A DNA stretch of 64,000 nt. It comes from Setoptus koraiensis. Lineage: Eukaryota > Animalia > Arthropoda. How positions within the stretch are numbered: the first letter of the stretch is position 1; the number at the start of each line of letters is the position of its first letter. The notes beneath the pieces were generated by a model. It was not told where the DNA came from. It saw only the letters and a list, made by a program, of their open reading frames with translations, and searched no databases. Shown here one piece after another: positions 23,772 to 35,527 of this stretch. The DNA lies in contig CM106585.1 of the NCBI GenBank assembly GCA_048013815.1, positions 13,082,001-13,146,000 on the forward strand, written 5' to 3'. Made by a program: the position numbers and the translations under genes.

Positions 23772-26426
23772 TCATAGGTAGTGAAGGTATTTATCCAAAT
23801 TAATGTTCGGCGTGCTATGGAGGCTCTCGCCCACCAGATAGGCCAGTTTATGAGCGTACTGGCAGGGCGCGGGTACCCGTACGGCACCAGACCAATTGAA
23901 GTACAAGTGACACAATTTGTAGGCCAGAGTTTGCATAGCACCTGGCCTTAGGCCGGTGGTGTCCTCGATGACATTGTACATGGTGGGAGTGATTGTTCCA
24001 TTTCGAGTGTGATGACTGACCAAATAAAAGTCATACTGTGTTCTTCTGGTAATTTCTGAATCGATCACTGTTCCCGGAGGCGGATTATCAAATTGGTTCG
24101 GCTGTGGCTTCTTCAAGAAGAATCGCGCACCAATTCTCTTTGTGACCACAATTACGGCCAATTGTATTTTTTTCTTGGCCTCTTTCTCTAATTTTTCCAG
24201 CTTTTGTTTGATTCGCTTGATCTCAATGGTGAAAACATGGTCCAGATCACCCTGGCCCACACCGTCTCTGTAGATGAATATTTTCTCTGGAAGTGCCTTG
24301 TTGAATTCTCTGTATTTCAGCACGCCCTCAAATACGTTGTTGGCCAAATTTGTGGACAGCTCCTCTAGTTGGTCGTGATGGTTTGCCTTTGACCACCATC
24401 TGGTAAAGTTGGAATTGAGCGACGAACAGAAGGCGCCCCAAGAGCGTTGTGTGGTGACCGAGTCGTGCCAGGCATCGTAACCACAAATCATATATTTCGC
24501 CGATGCGGGTATTTCCATCGCCCACGGCACACCGCCAATTTTGGCTGCAATCTGAACAGCTATCTTGTTGCATGCCGATGCCGTCCTTGGTCCGGGCGTT
24601 CTGAAGTGTTTTGTGAGAAAGCATTGCGACGGTATGCCCCGCTCAACGCTCAGGTGCCTCTTAATGGCGTCGTATCTGTCCTTGGATTGGTCGGGCAACA
24701 AACACAACACAATCGTTGTGCGGTCCGGCAATTCTCGGCAAGCCGACAAATAGGTGCGGATGGCGGTGTCCGGGAGCACCACTCTGTTCACCTGATCGGG
24801 GCGCAACCTAAGCCCGACCGAGTCCATGCTTCGTTGTAGCGCCGACGTCATGGTGGCGAAAATGCCCGGCGGATCGTTGCGGCCCCGGCCCATAATCAGA
24901 GTGAGATATTGCAGGCTGGGCACCTCGTATATCTGCGTGTTCCTCAGGGCGTTGTCGAAGCTGGCGTTTTGGCATTTGGTTCGTAGCCGTCTGTTGGAAT
25001 CGCCCGTGATAATGTCCACTTGTTCCAATTGTCTGCCGCCTAACTCAACGAGATCCCTCTCGTAAGAGTATTTCCACGATTGGCACTTTGCTGTCACGTA
25101 CGGAGTTGAGTGCAGCTTGGCCAAAAAGCGCCGATTCATTGCCACTCTGTCCGTGGGCGACACCTGAGACGCTTGTATCCTGGCCTGTTTTACGGACATG
25201 TTGGCCTCTTGCTCGTCGGTTAGGCTGGTCATATAGCAAAATTCTGGTATCAACATTATGGGTGTATCGGCATTTCGACTGTCGCCGGCCATTTCGGCCT
25301 GTCGGCGTCTCCGTTCAACATTATCCACTTTGGCCCGAAATAGTGGCTGCCCTCTGTCGGTGACGTTCAAATTGTACGCATTCCTGTAATAGTTTACGTA
25401 GGTTTCTAATGCCCCGTCGCGTCTCGGAAATGTGCTCTCTGGCGTCCTGTCAAAATCAACGTCCTCAATTCTGTAGGTGCGATTGTTGTACTTGGTTATG
25501 ACCACTTTTGAGGTCATTGCGTTCCGGATTCTCTCCCTAAAATCGCCCGGATATTGGCGATGGATGGCATTGATCATGCGCAACATTGACGCATCCTGAA
25601 TAATTTTGCTTCGCGACTCCAAGCTCACCATGACGCCACCGGACAGCAAACTGGTGGTTGTGTTGAAGCCACCTATCCTGCTTAAGCCCAAGTTGCCAGG
25701 TAAATTGGTGGCCAATTCAGGATGAAAGTATGAGTTTTGCATCTTGAAAAAGCCCATTTTGCGCATATACTCGTTCATCTGTATGTTCCATGTTCGTAAG
25801 TAATTAAAGTCGTCTACAATTCCGGTATTTTTCAATGTTATTCTGATATCTGACCCGTCGGCCGGATGTTTAGCCAGCACAGTGGTCACTTCTTGGGGCA
25901 GGACAATGGCGCTCTGAAGATCGTTTCCTCTGTCGTAGATGTAGTTGTCATTGAACAATGGCACTGTGTATTGTCGCACCAATCGCGCTCTCATGTCGTC
26001 ATTGTCGACAATTGGCTCGAAATCAACACGATACAGTCGTATTTGGCTGGCCTTTTCGTCACGATTTAATTTGAAATAATTGGTGAAAAATCGTAGCGGT
26101 CTGGTATCGCTTGCCATGGTTGACGTGATACCGGCGGGTATGGTGCTCAATTCTGGTTCCCATGGATTTCTGTAGCGGCCACGGCCCCTAACGGCCACCG
26201 CTCGACCAGCAGCCTGGCTAGTGGACGGCGTCAGCCTCGGCACTGGCGACTGTGACGATGTTGACGGTTGTGAGGTAGCCTGTTGATCGCCAGTTCGCCT
26301 GCTTCCAGTCGATGGGCCACTTGTTTGGTGTTGCTGTCTCGCTGGCTCATGCGCCGAGCCGGACGAGGTGGATGCCGGCGAATCGGTGCCGGTTCGACGG
26401 CCTCGTTTATTTTGTCTATCACTCAT
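23772..26426 (-). CDS. piwi: Piwi-clade Argonaute (Piwi/Aubergine-like), 884 aa, no intron within the CDS
   Basis: N-terminal RG motif (GRAVAVRGRGR); PAZ (VVITKYNNRTYRIEDVDF...YVNYYRNAYNLNVTDRGQPL...LIPEFC); MID (KDRYDAIKR, IPSQC, KIAVQIAAKIGG); PIWI with ICGYDAWHD, QLEEL, IYRDGVG and the Piwi-type end VPAPCQYAHKLAYLVGESLH. Exact orthology (piwi/aub/ago3) is not resolved. Confidence 0.95.
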   Translation of the reverse strand: MSDRQNKRGRRTGTDSPASTSSGSAHEPARQQHQTSGPSTGSRRTGDQQATSQPSTSSQSPVPRLTPSTSQAAGRAVAVRGRGRYRNPWEPELSTIPAGITSTMASDTRPLRFFTNYFKLNRDEKASQIRLYRVDFEPIVDNDDMRARLVRQYTVPLFNDNYIYDRGNDLQSAIVLPQEVTTVLAKHPADGSDIRITLKNTGIVDDFNYLRTWNIQMNEYMRKMGFFKMQNSYFHPELATNLPGNLGLSRIGGFNTTTSLLSGGVMVSLESRSKIIQDASMLRMINAIHRQYPGDFRERIRNAMTSKVVITKYNNRTYRIEDVDFDRTPESTFPRRDGALETYVNYYRNAYNLNVTDRGQPLFRAKVDNVERRRRQAEMAGDSRNADTPIMLIPEFCYMTSLTDEQEANMSVKQARIQASQVSPTDRVAMNRRFLAKLHSTPYVTAKCQSWKYSYERDLVELGGRQLEQVDIITGDSNRRLRTKCQNASFDNALRNTQIYEVPSLQYLTLIMGRGRNDPPGIFATMTSALQRSMDSVGLRLRPDQVNRVVLPDTAIRTYLSACRELPDRTTIVLCLLPDQSKDRYDAIKRHLSVERGIPSQCFLTKHFRTPGPRTASACNKIAVQIAAKIGGVPWAMEIPASAKYMICGYDAWHDSVTTQRSWGAFCSSLNSNFTRWWSKANHHDQLEELSTNLANNVFEGVLKYREFNKALPEKIFIYRDGVGQGDLDHVFTIEIKRIKQKLEKLEKEAKKKIQLAVIVVTKRIGARFFLKKPQPNQFDNPPPGTVIDSEITRRTQYDFYLVSHHTRNGTITPTMYNVIEDTTGLRPGAMQTLAYKLCHLYFNWSGAVRVPAPCQYAHKLAYLVGESLHSTPNINLDKYLHYL

Positions 26427-26433
26427 TGCCGAG

Positions 26434-26650
26434 GTGGCTCCTGAAAAATTTGTTCGCCCTGAAAAGGGATGGTTGCTTCTGAATATACGTGATTGTCCCT
26501 ACAAAGAAACGGTTGCTCCTGAAACTGTGATGATGGCTTGTGAAAATTTTCTTTCTGCTTGCTCCTGAAAATACGATTACCTCTGAAAATGGGGCTGTTT
26601 CTGAAAATATCGGTGCTCCTGAAAATATTGTTGCTCCTGAAAATTTGATT
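26434..26650. repeat. Degenerate 18-25 bp tandem array (core GCTCCTGAAAA), about 11 units, directly upstream of the piwi ATG
   Basis: Cores at 26441, 26459, 26479, 26499, 26519, 26540, 26565, 26583, 26601, 26619 and 26637. Confidence 0.85.
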
Positions 26651-28362
26651 TTTATTACGAAAACTCGTAATGGTCACGTTGATCTTGTTTCTATAATCTT
26701 GCAAATGGTGTAGTTAGCAACTGGTGAGTGGAACACTTTTTACTTCGTTCTTGTTGTTGCTCGAAATGATGATTACACCGCACGGTATGGCACGATTCTA
26801 GCTCGCAGCATGCTCGTGGGGTGGAAGCCAGAAGATGATTGCGCAAACAAATCTCTGCCCTTTGTGCTCTCATGTGTCCATTATACTGCAAAAACAAACG
26901 ATACCCATAGCAACAAGCATCGTGCCGGGTCATTCTAACAAGCCGATCTGACGCCCGTTGAAAAGTTAGTCGGGACGAGCAATTACCGACAAATCGGCCA
27001 GAAGTGCACAGTTACGAATGCCAACAGTGTTTCAGGCCAGTTTCAAACTGTATTTGCACTCCTTTTATCTCTCGGACAGCATGAATGTGCGTGCCGCTGC
27101 CGCAGCCGCAGCCGCAGCAATTTGCCTCAGGCAATTAAACTTTGAACGGATAGAGGCGACCAAAGGTCATAAATTACAGATAATTGACGATTAAAAATTT
27201 ATCACTAACAATGCCGAACGTTTTTGTTTTGGCGCTCTCCACTGATTGTCACGTTTTACAATTGGTCCAACTGCCCACCACAGAGGCTAGTCCAGAGAAG
27301 GGCAAACGAACATCGACGATAAACATGATAATAAACAAATAAATCCTGTCGCCTATCTGGTCGACTATCACTCACTGGCGACTCGTTTATCTCTTCCGAT
27401 CTCACTGGAGATGGCGATCTTGCAAATGCACTCTCACTCATCATGAGCAACTCATGTTAGTGAGCTTGCTGCAGTATACAACTGTAGCTTGTACAATTGT
27501 AGCAGTAGAAAAAAGATTCTCTAGAAGGTTGCGAGCGCCTGACTCGGCGCACCGAGCTCATCTATCCTATCGCGAAGATTTGGTGACTGACGGAGGTGTT
27601 CATGCCCCGATCTTTACGAGAGTAACTCTCGGACAGTTTTACAATCAAATTTTCAAGGTTGGCACCACCCTCATGCCGTCGAAATGACAGTGGTGCCGTC
27701 GAAATTGTTTGCATCCTTGATAGAGCTTCTATTAGCATTTACTTTGCAAACTTGGTATTCCCTCACAAGTCGTCAGTCAAGGGACTGACAGATGGACCTT
27801 GTGAGGCAGACAGATCGTAGGTCGGGAAGGTTATGCGGATTTGCTACTCCCCAGTTCTGCCCACTCGCCCAAATCTTCAGAAAGGAAAAGAAAAAGAAAA
27901 AAACCAGCTTACGAGAAAAAGAGTGTGACCGATTTTTCGTGACATTTCTGCTTATAAAAAGTTGAAAGATCTACCTTCGCAATCTCCCTACGATCTAACC
28001 ATGCTGTATTTGTTCGACACTACGCGAGAAATATTGCTCGCTGTGCAAAATTGTTGCACTTTGTGCACGAACAAGCATTATCTGTGCGTGAATAGATAGA
28101 TAAAATATGCATGTAGGAAAATCGCTATAACTAGTCTATTTTTATTTATTTCTATTTTATTTTTTATGTCTAGTGTGTAATTTATGGTTGTATTGACGCC
28201 CGACAGATTGCTCTTCAAAAATAAAACATAAAAAAAAATCGAATTTTTACGTATCATACCCCCTCAATAGGTTAGTTGTTATGCCTCCGAATTTGTTTCC
28301 TAGATGGGCCCGTTAGCTGGGGAACCATTAACTGCAGTCAACGTGAATATTGATTAAATTCG

Positions 28363-29030
28363 TTGATCATTACTCCATTTGTCTATTTTCTACACCCACC
28401 CCCCCCCCCCCCAGTTCACGAGAACGATTTGGGTTCAGAAGTTTCATCACCACAGCAACCACAAGCTTCATCATCGAATTCGCAAGCTCCGTCATCGAGT
28501 TCGCAAGCTCCGTCATCGAGTTCGCATGTTACGTTTACAATACAATCACAATCTAAATCAAAGGGTGATGATGAAGAATTAAATCAATATGGCCGGCCGA
28601 GATATCCACCAGGTGGTGGGGATGTAGTGGGCATACCTGCAGATAGGTTTGATAAGATTACGAGTACGATTAGAAGACCGATGGGTTCCAGCAAATAACT
28701 GGACTCAAAAGAATTGTAAGAGAGGTAAGAATATGTGGCTGAATGTAATTCTAAACATGCCCGGAAGAGAGAGAGAGAGAGTTTTCTGGAAAAATCTGTC
28801 TTCTCCGAAGTTGGAGTCATTTCTTTCAAATTCGGACAAATTTAATGAGCCATTTTTTCCTCGCTTGCTCGAACACGACTGAAGGAACAAAGTAAGGATG
28901 AAAACAAGAATCAGGATAAAAATAAATCCGTCAAATGGGAGCAGAAATTTGGTGACAGCAATCATTTATTTTCGTCAATTCAGCTTCTTTTTTCTGCGCA
29001 TGGCTGCTTTGCGCATAAATCTTGAAGAAC
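28363..29030 (+). pseudogene. Possible decayed gene of unknown family
   Basis: A 111-aa Ser/Pro-rich frame with a 21-bp internal repeat (28470-28526). The same frame continues in protein-like stretches (e.g. RTRLKEQSKDENKNQDKNKSVKWEQKFGD) separated by stops. No family recognised. Confidence 0.25.
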
Positions 29031-29305
29031 ATGTGTTCGATACCAAATTCAAAACAAGAAATAAATAAAATGAAAATAAATAAACAATCACCAATGTCGA
29101 TGCAAATGTCCATGTTTGTGTATATTTACAACTATATATCTACCTTTAGTAGAAATATATATATAACCAATTGTATCTAATCAATATATCCATCAGTCTT
29201 GAGAGGAACACACAATCACCATTACTATTATTATTATCAGTATTACTATTATTATTATTAGTTTGTTAGAAGAGATTTATTAGATCAAAATTATCATTAG
29301 CGAAT

Positions 29306-30574
<1,269 letters not shown>

Positions 30575-30788
30575 TAATTAGCATCAGTATAAAACAAAAT
30601 ACAGTTATTTAGACATAGAACCGTGAAAGGCGTCTACATAAGTTTTAGCCAGCAAGACTCAAAGACAAACTACTGAGATTTACATGTCTTCGTTCGTAGA
30701 CTTACAAACGCTCTTTCCTGTCTATGCCTTTATCTGTCTTGTTCAACATTTTATTTCATGTAATGATATTTATCCGTCTCTACCATAG

Positions 30789-31161
30789 CCCAAATACCGT
30801 ATATTAAGGTTAGTCTGCTATAACTGTTACCAGCTGTTGATTCAATGATTTTAAATAAGCCGACAAAAAACTATAGCTAGTAACTCCCTACGCCTCATCT
30901 TACGATACATATCCCTATATATACCCCGTCCCAATCTTATTCTCACCACATATTCTCTCTACAAAAAAAACGTCTATAAATCTTTGTCCTGGCATTCGAA
31001 CAAATGGCCACAACTACAACATCATTTAAAACAATCAACGAACCTACTTGTTGGAACTGCTATAGGTCCCCTTGCACTCGATTATCAAACTATCCGGAAT
31101 TACGCGTAGTGAGGAGATAATAGTGCCAATCCAAGCTGTTGATGATCATGAACTCATTTAG
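30789..31161 (+). CDS. PFKFB: PFKFB alternative C-terminus A (20-nt microexon plus terminal exon)
   Basis: Microexon 30789-30808 (ccatag|CC CAA ATA CCG TAT ATT AAG|gttagt = AQIPYIK, phase 1 to 0). Terminal exon 31066-31161 VPLHSIIKLSGITRSEEIIVPIQAVDDHELI*. Matches the PFKFB consensus ELPYL.VPLHT..KL...AV.TH; isoform about 430 aa. Confidence 0.72.
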
Positions 31162-31943
31162 AAGATTTCGTTTCTTATTAGACATGAATTGATATACTTA
31201 GTAAGCAAAAAAATCTTTCACGTCATTGTGTTGGATGGACTAAGGCACTTAGTCTCAGTACAACATTCAATGGTACATCTTCATAATATAATCGTCTTAT
31301 CATATATATATATATATATACACATATATATACAAACACAAAGATATATTGATATATAGATAGGTGCAGATATAATTAATCTACGAATCGTCACACACAC
31401 ATAGACATATATATCAATCAATCTATATCATTACTGATCGTATTGATGTTTTTTTTTTCAAACATTTGTTTGTCTGTTGCTTAGTTCTAGTTTTTGTAAG
31501 ACTGAAATAACCCGAAAGATTTCTGTTGTTTTTTTTTTTCATTATATTTATATATATATAAACAAATTATTAATGTATTAATGTTCGTCAGAAATATCTA
31601 ATCACGTAGCTGCTAAATAACGGTATATACAATGTAATGTTTAGGTACTTATAAAATTTCCCCCTGTCACTCAATAAGTTAAACTGAGAGAAAAAATTAA
31701 ATCAATGTGAGAGCGAATCAAATAGTGTCTCACTCGATATGAGTAGAATTACGTCATAACAATCAACAATTTGTTTATAAACATTTTGACAACAACAAGA
31801 TACTAAGACACGCTTAATGAATCTAATTAATCGCTAATCTAATCTGAATCTAAATAATTATGTCGATGAATACAATGATCAACTATCAATCATCGATCAA
31901 TATATCACGCACACACCGTATGCTCCGTATGATGTGTCATTAG

Positions 31944-32119
31944 ATGTGGTGGCATTTTTGCGTGTTCCTCTTCATACATTGTTCAAGGTGACACCATCGG
32001 TCTACACAAGAAGTGAGGCAGTTGAGATATTGGTGCAAAAGAAAGACGGCCAAGAATCGCTGCATCATTTGTCCTCTATCGAAGGTGATTTGAATCATCC
32101 TAATTCATCAGACGATTGA
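31944..32119 (+). CDS. PFKFB: PFKFB alternative C-terminus B (terminal exon)
   Basis: Acceptor gtgtcattag|AT is phase-1 compatible and gives DVVAFLRVPLHTLFKVTPSVYTRSEAVEILVQKKDG...SSDD*, matching VPLHT..KLTP.AY; isoform about 450 aa. Confidence 0.72.
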
Positions 32120-32794
32120 CCATATTGGGGCCATATCAATTATACATCACAAGAAGCACCACATAGAATATATATTTTAAAAGCATTTTACGGGGGTTAA
32201 CCATACGCATTTACACATTTATTAGGATTCATCCAATACGATGATGGTGATGTTTTGTGATTGTTTGACGTAACTCATAAAGAGTATTATTATTATTGGA
32301 AAAACACAAACGTTTAGGCGTTCGAAGGAATAAACAGCAACACACCTACACATTTTAAATGCAAACTCTATATACACATTACACGATGTATTTTATTTTT
32401 GCTTTACAGAGCTCATCAATTAATTTGCTGCTGGCGCTGCCGGTGTTTGCGTCGCAAGTTTCCATTTGCTTATTAGTAGCGGCAAGTAGGTATAATAACA
32501 TTATTCGTAGTGTATTCAATTGAATACGAGTCAACAGCACACATAGAGCCATGGCATGAAGTGAGCCCACTGACCCACTTATAATCTCCATTGTCTATTT
32601 GTGGGTCGCTCAGTGAGTCGCTAGGTGCAGGCAGTACTTTTAATCCTTTTATGCAAACTGCGCGCGTATATGTCAATTGTTGCGGTTGCTTGCTTTGGCG
32701 ACAATACATTTGACATTGAACAATATTAGTGCATGATTGATACCGTTATATATGTAAGTTAAATCACTGGGTCGCATTGCACGTAGCGCATAGA

Positions 32795-33346
32795 TTAGAT
32801 TACATGATGCGACGCTATATTCAACCTGGGCGCATTGTTCATTAGATTAAGTTGCCTGTAGCTATATATTGCGCCAGTGTACAGACAATGGTGTGCGATA
32901 TACAAATTACGCAAAGCCTCCTCTAACAGCACGTGTTGTTGCAGGACAAGCCAGCACAACTTGTCACAACTCGTGCTGGTCACAATTGGCAGCGGTCGGC
33001 CTCGTTTGCGGGGGCCGTACGTAATGTTCTTTTTGTTATGTAAATGATCTTGTCCGAGGCGCACTCTGTTGTCGTTTGTTGAGTAGGTTTGTTGTTGTTT
33101 GTTGTTGTTTGTTGTCGTTGTTGGCAGTGTAGTGAGGCCAAAAGATTGTATCAATTGTGTGACGACAGCAGCAGCGCCAGCGAATCTATAAAGGGCCATG
33201 GTAATCTCATTGGTTGTTGGCTTTTACGCTCAATGATTAAATCAGTGGTTAGTGGTTTAACATTTGTGTCCGTAGTAGTTTGTAGTGCGCTCGTAATGCA
33301 GTTTCTGCCTGATTACGCGTGCATGTTAACATGACCACCATCGAGT
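32795..33346 (-). CDS. Hr51: Hr51 nuclear receptor, predicted exons 2-3 (LBD helices 9-12)
   Basis: Acceptor ttttcattcag|AC at 33346 (phase 1) gives DSMVVMLTCTRNQAETALRAHY (helix 9-like). A predicted 76-nt intron 33261-33186 has a weak GTTAAA donor. The terminal exon has RVRLGQDHL, LPIVTSTSCDKLCWLVLQQ and LLEEALRNLY, spaced like NR2 helices 10-12/AF-2. The splice model is inferred. Confidence 0.5.
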
Positions 33347-33583
33347 CTGAATGAAAATCGTGCCCGCTGAACTGCTGACCACACAAACCGGCCTCAGTTT
33401 GCCGGCCGAGCTAGCTGTCGGGGCCGCTGGGGCCCCGGCGGAGAGGCGAGGGGAGCCAAGTGCGGGCATTGTCGCGCTGGCTGGCCGACTGGCTATTAGA
33501 GCGAGCAACTATCATTGTAAGATAATAACTAAACGATTTTTGCTATGATTTCCTCTTGGTCATTACGATGTGCCATCGACGTC

Positions 33584-33631
<48 letters not shown>

Positions 33632-34249
33632 TGGCCGGCTAATCCCATCAATTTATAAGTTAATCCCGCGCCATCTCTAACTTGCTGCTGGACGCAAAAA
33701 CATCAGACACTCTTTTTGAGACTCTTTATGGGCCCGCGGGGCTTATTATTATTATGCTTTGCGTGTGCGTGTGTCACAGGAATATGATTGAGTAAACGTG
33801 GCAGGCCGGGCCGGGCCGGTCCGCTCAATTGGTCGTGTTACATAACTGCGGGTTGCCCGTCCGGATTGCGGGGCGCATATCCGCGCCCCGCGTATGTGTA
33901 CGCTAATGTGTACATGTCCGACGACGTATACGACGTGCGACATATACGTGGCCCGTACAACGGGCAAAAAGGAGCTAAAGATTACACACAACAAGCTCAC
34001 GCGGGCGCCGCTGCCAGCGGGTACAGGGCAGCACATCGGCGACACAAACAAGCCAGATAGACAAATTCAATTTGCTCGCCCGTGATTTTGTCGTATCTGG
34101 GGCTCAGGTAGGCCGACGGCGACTAGCTAGCCACAGTTAGCGCGCGCCAGCGGCCAGGTACGGATCGGGCGCTGTGAGAGCATCTAGTCGACGGTTGAAT
34201 TGTGATCATTACTGTTATATGCCACGCTAACAGCCATATACCACCACTT

Positions 34250-34297
34250 CCATTTATGGCCGGCGCGTTCCATTTATGGCCGGCGTTCCATTTATGG
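34250..34297. promoter_or_regulatory. Cluster of three CCATTTATGG motifs (CArG-box / TTTATGG homeodomain-type sites) in the Hr51 intron
   Basis: Exact CC(A/T)6GG matches at 34250-34259, 34270-34279 and 34288-34297. Function is inferred. Confidence 0.35.
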
Positions 34298-35348
34298 CGG
34301 CACTGAGCGGCAGATGAGATTACTCGCATGGATTTGTTGTAGTCGCGCGCGCACGTATCTATCCTAATGTTGTCATTGTCATTGATCTGGGGCCATTTCA
34401 TTGCAATCTCAATCGCATTATTTTACTCGATTATCCATTCCAATAAAGTGAGGGGGCGCCGCCAGCGCCGAATGCGAGCCGCCAGAAGTGCCGCCACTGG
34501 CACCGGCGGCGGATAGCTGGTGCTGGTGTCGCAAAGGTTGCTGGCGAGCGGGGGGCACGAGGGGCTTTAGTTTGATATTTGCGCACAGCAGCATCGACAG
34601 CAGCCTATATATTCTGTGTTTGTATACGGTGTTTGTATGTAGATTAGAGTGGGTTAGGCAAGTTGTAAGTTGTAAGTAAGTCGCACAGTGGAGAATGTCG
34701 GCCCCAACAATGGGGCCCCCAGCCCCCAACAATGGGCATTGGGTATCGGGATCGGCGCGCAGTGGGCGGCAGCCAGTGGGAAAATGGGCAAGGGGCATTT
34801 TGCACATTTTGCAGCCATTGGCGCGCGGGGCATCATTGAAACGTCAAAAAGTGACATGCCGCGCGGGCCAGGGCACGCACGTGGCACACGGGGCGACATG
34901 GCATAAAACAATAGACAGACAACAATGGGATGATGTAATAATCATGTCGAGCCATTGTGACACATCATCACGTTAATTGATGCCAATGATCCGGGGCACG
35001 CGCGCGCGCCAAAACCCATCGAATTGTCGTCGAGTTTTGTTCGCGAACGCGAACGCCCAACGAAAGATTTAAACTTTTGGCGCCGGCTGCGCATACTTAT
35101 GCAAATTGAACACTCTCATGTCAAGCGTGAGACTGTCCTCTCTCGATGAAGTGAGGACTCCTCACTTTATTGAAAGAGGCACAGCAGTGGAGCAAGTGAA
35201 TGCCCGGCCCCATCGAAGCCAATCGCTACTAACCTCTGATTGAATTTGTCCTTGGCGCTCACGCGGTACCTGAGATGATAATTGCCCAGCAGCAGGACTA
35301 TCCATTCGAGCACGTGCGAGGTCCTGTCCAGTTTGTCCGCTTCTTTCA

Positions 35349-35450
35349 TCGATGCGCGGGTTGGTCGATGCGCGGGTTGGTCGATGCGTTGGTTGGTCGA
35401 GAGGTTGGTTGGTCGATGCGCGGGTTGGTCGAGAGGTTGGTTGGTCGAGA
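35349..35450. repeat. 16-bp minisatellite (TCGATGCGCGGGTTGG variants)
   Basis: About 6 degenerate tandem units. Confidence 0.85.
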
Positions 35451-35527
35451 GATCGGTTAGTCGAGTGGAGCGGAAGTGAGCGCTGTCTGAGAGTCTGACA
35501 GTCTGAGCGTCTAGTGGGCCTACTCAC

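Noticed and set aside
26434-26650. Repeat array with variable inter-core sequence next to an Argonaute, superficially CRISPR-like
   Set aside because: The variable parts are only about 7-14 nt, the repeats are degenerate and non-palindromic, there are no cas genes, and the context is eukaryotic.
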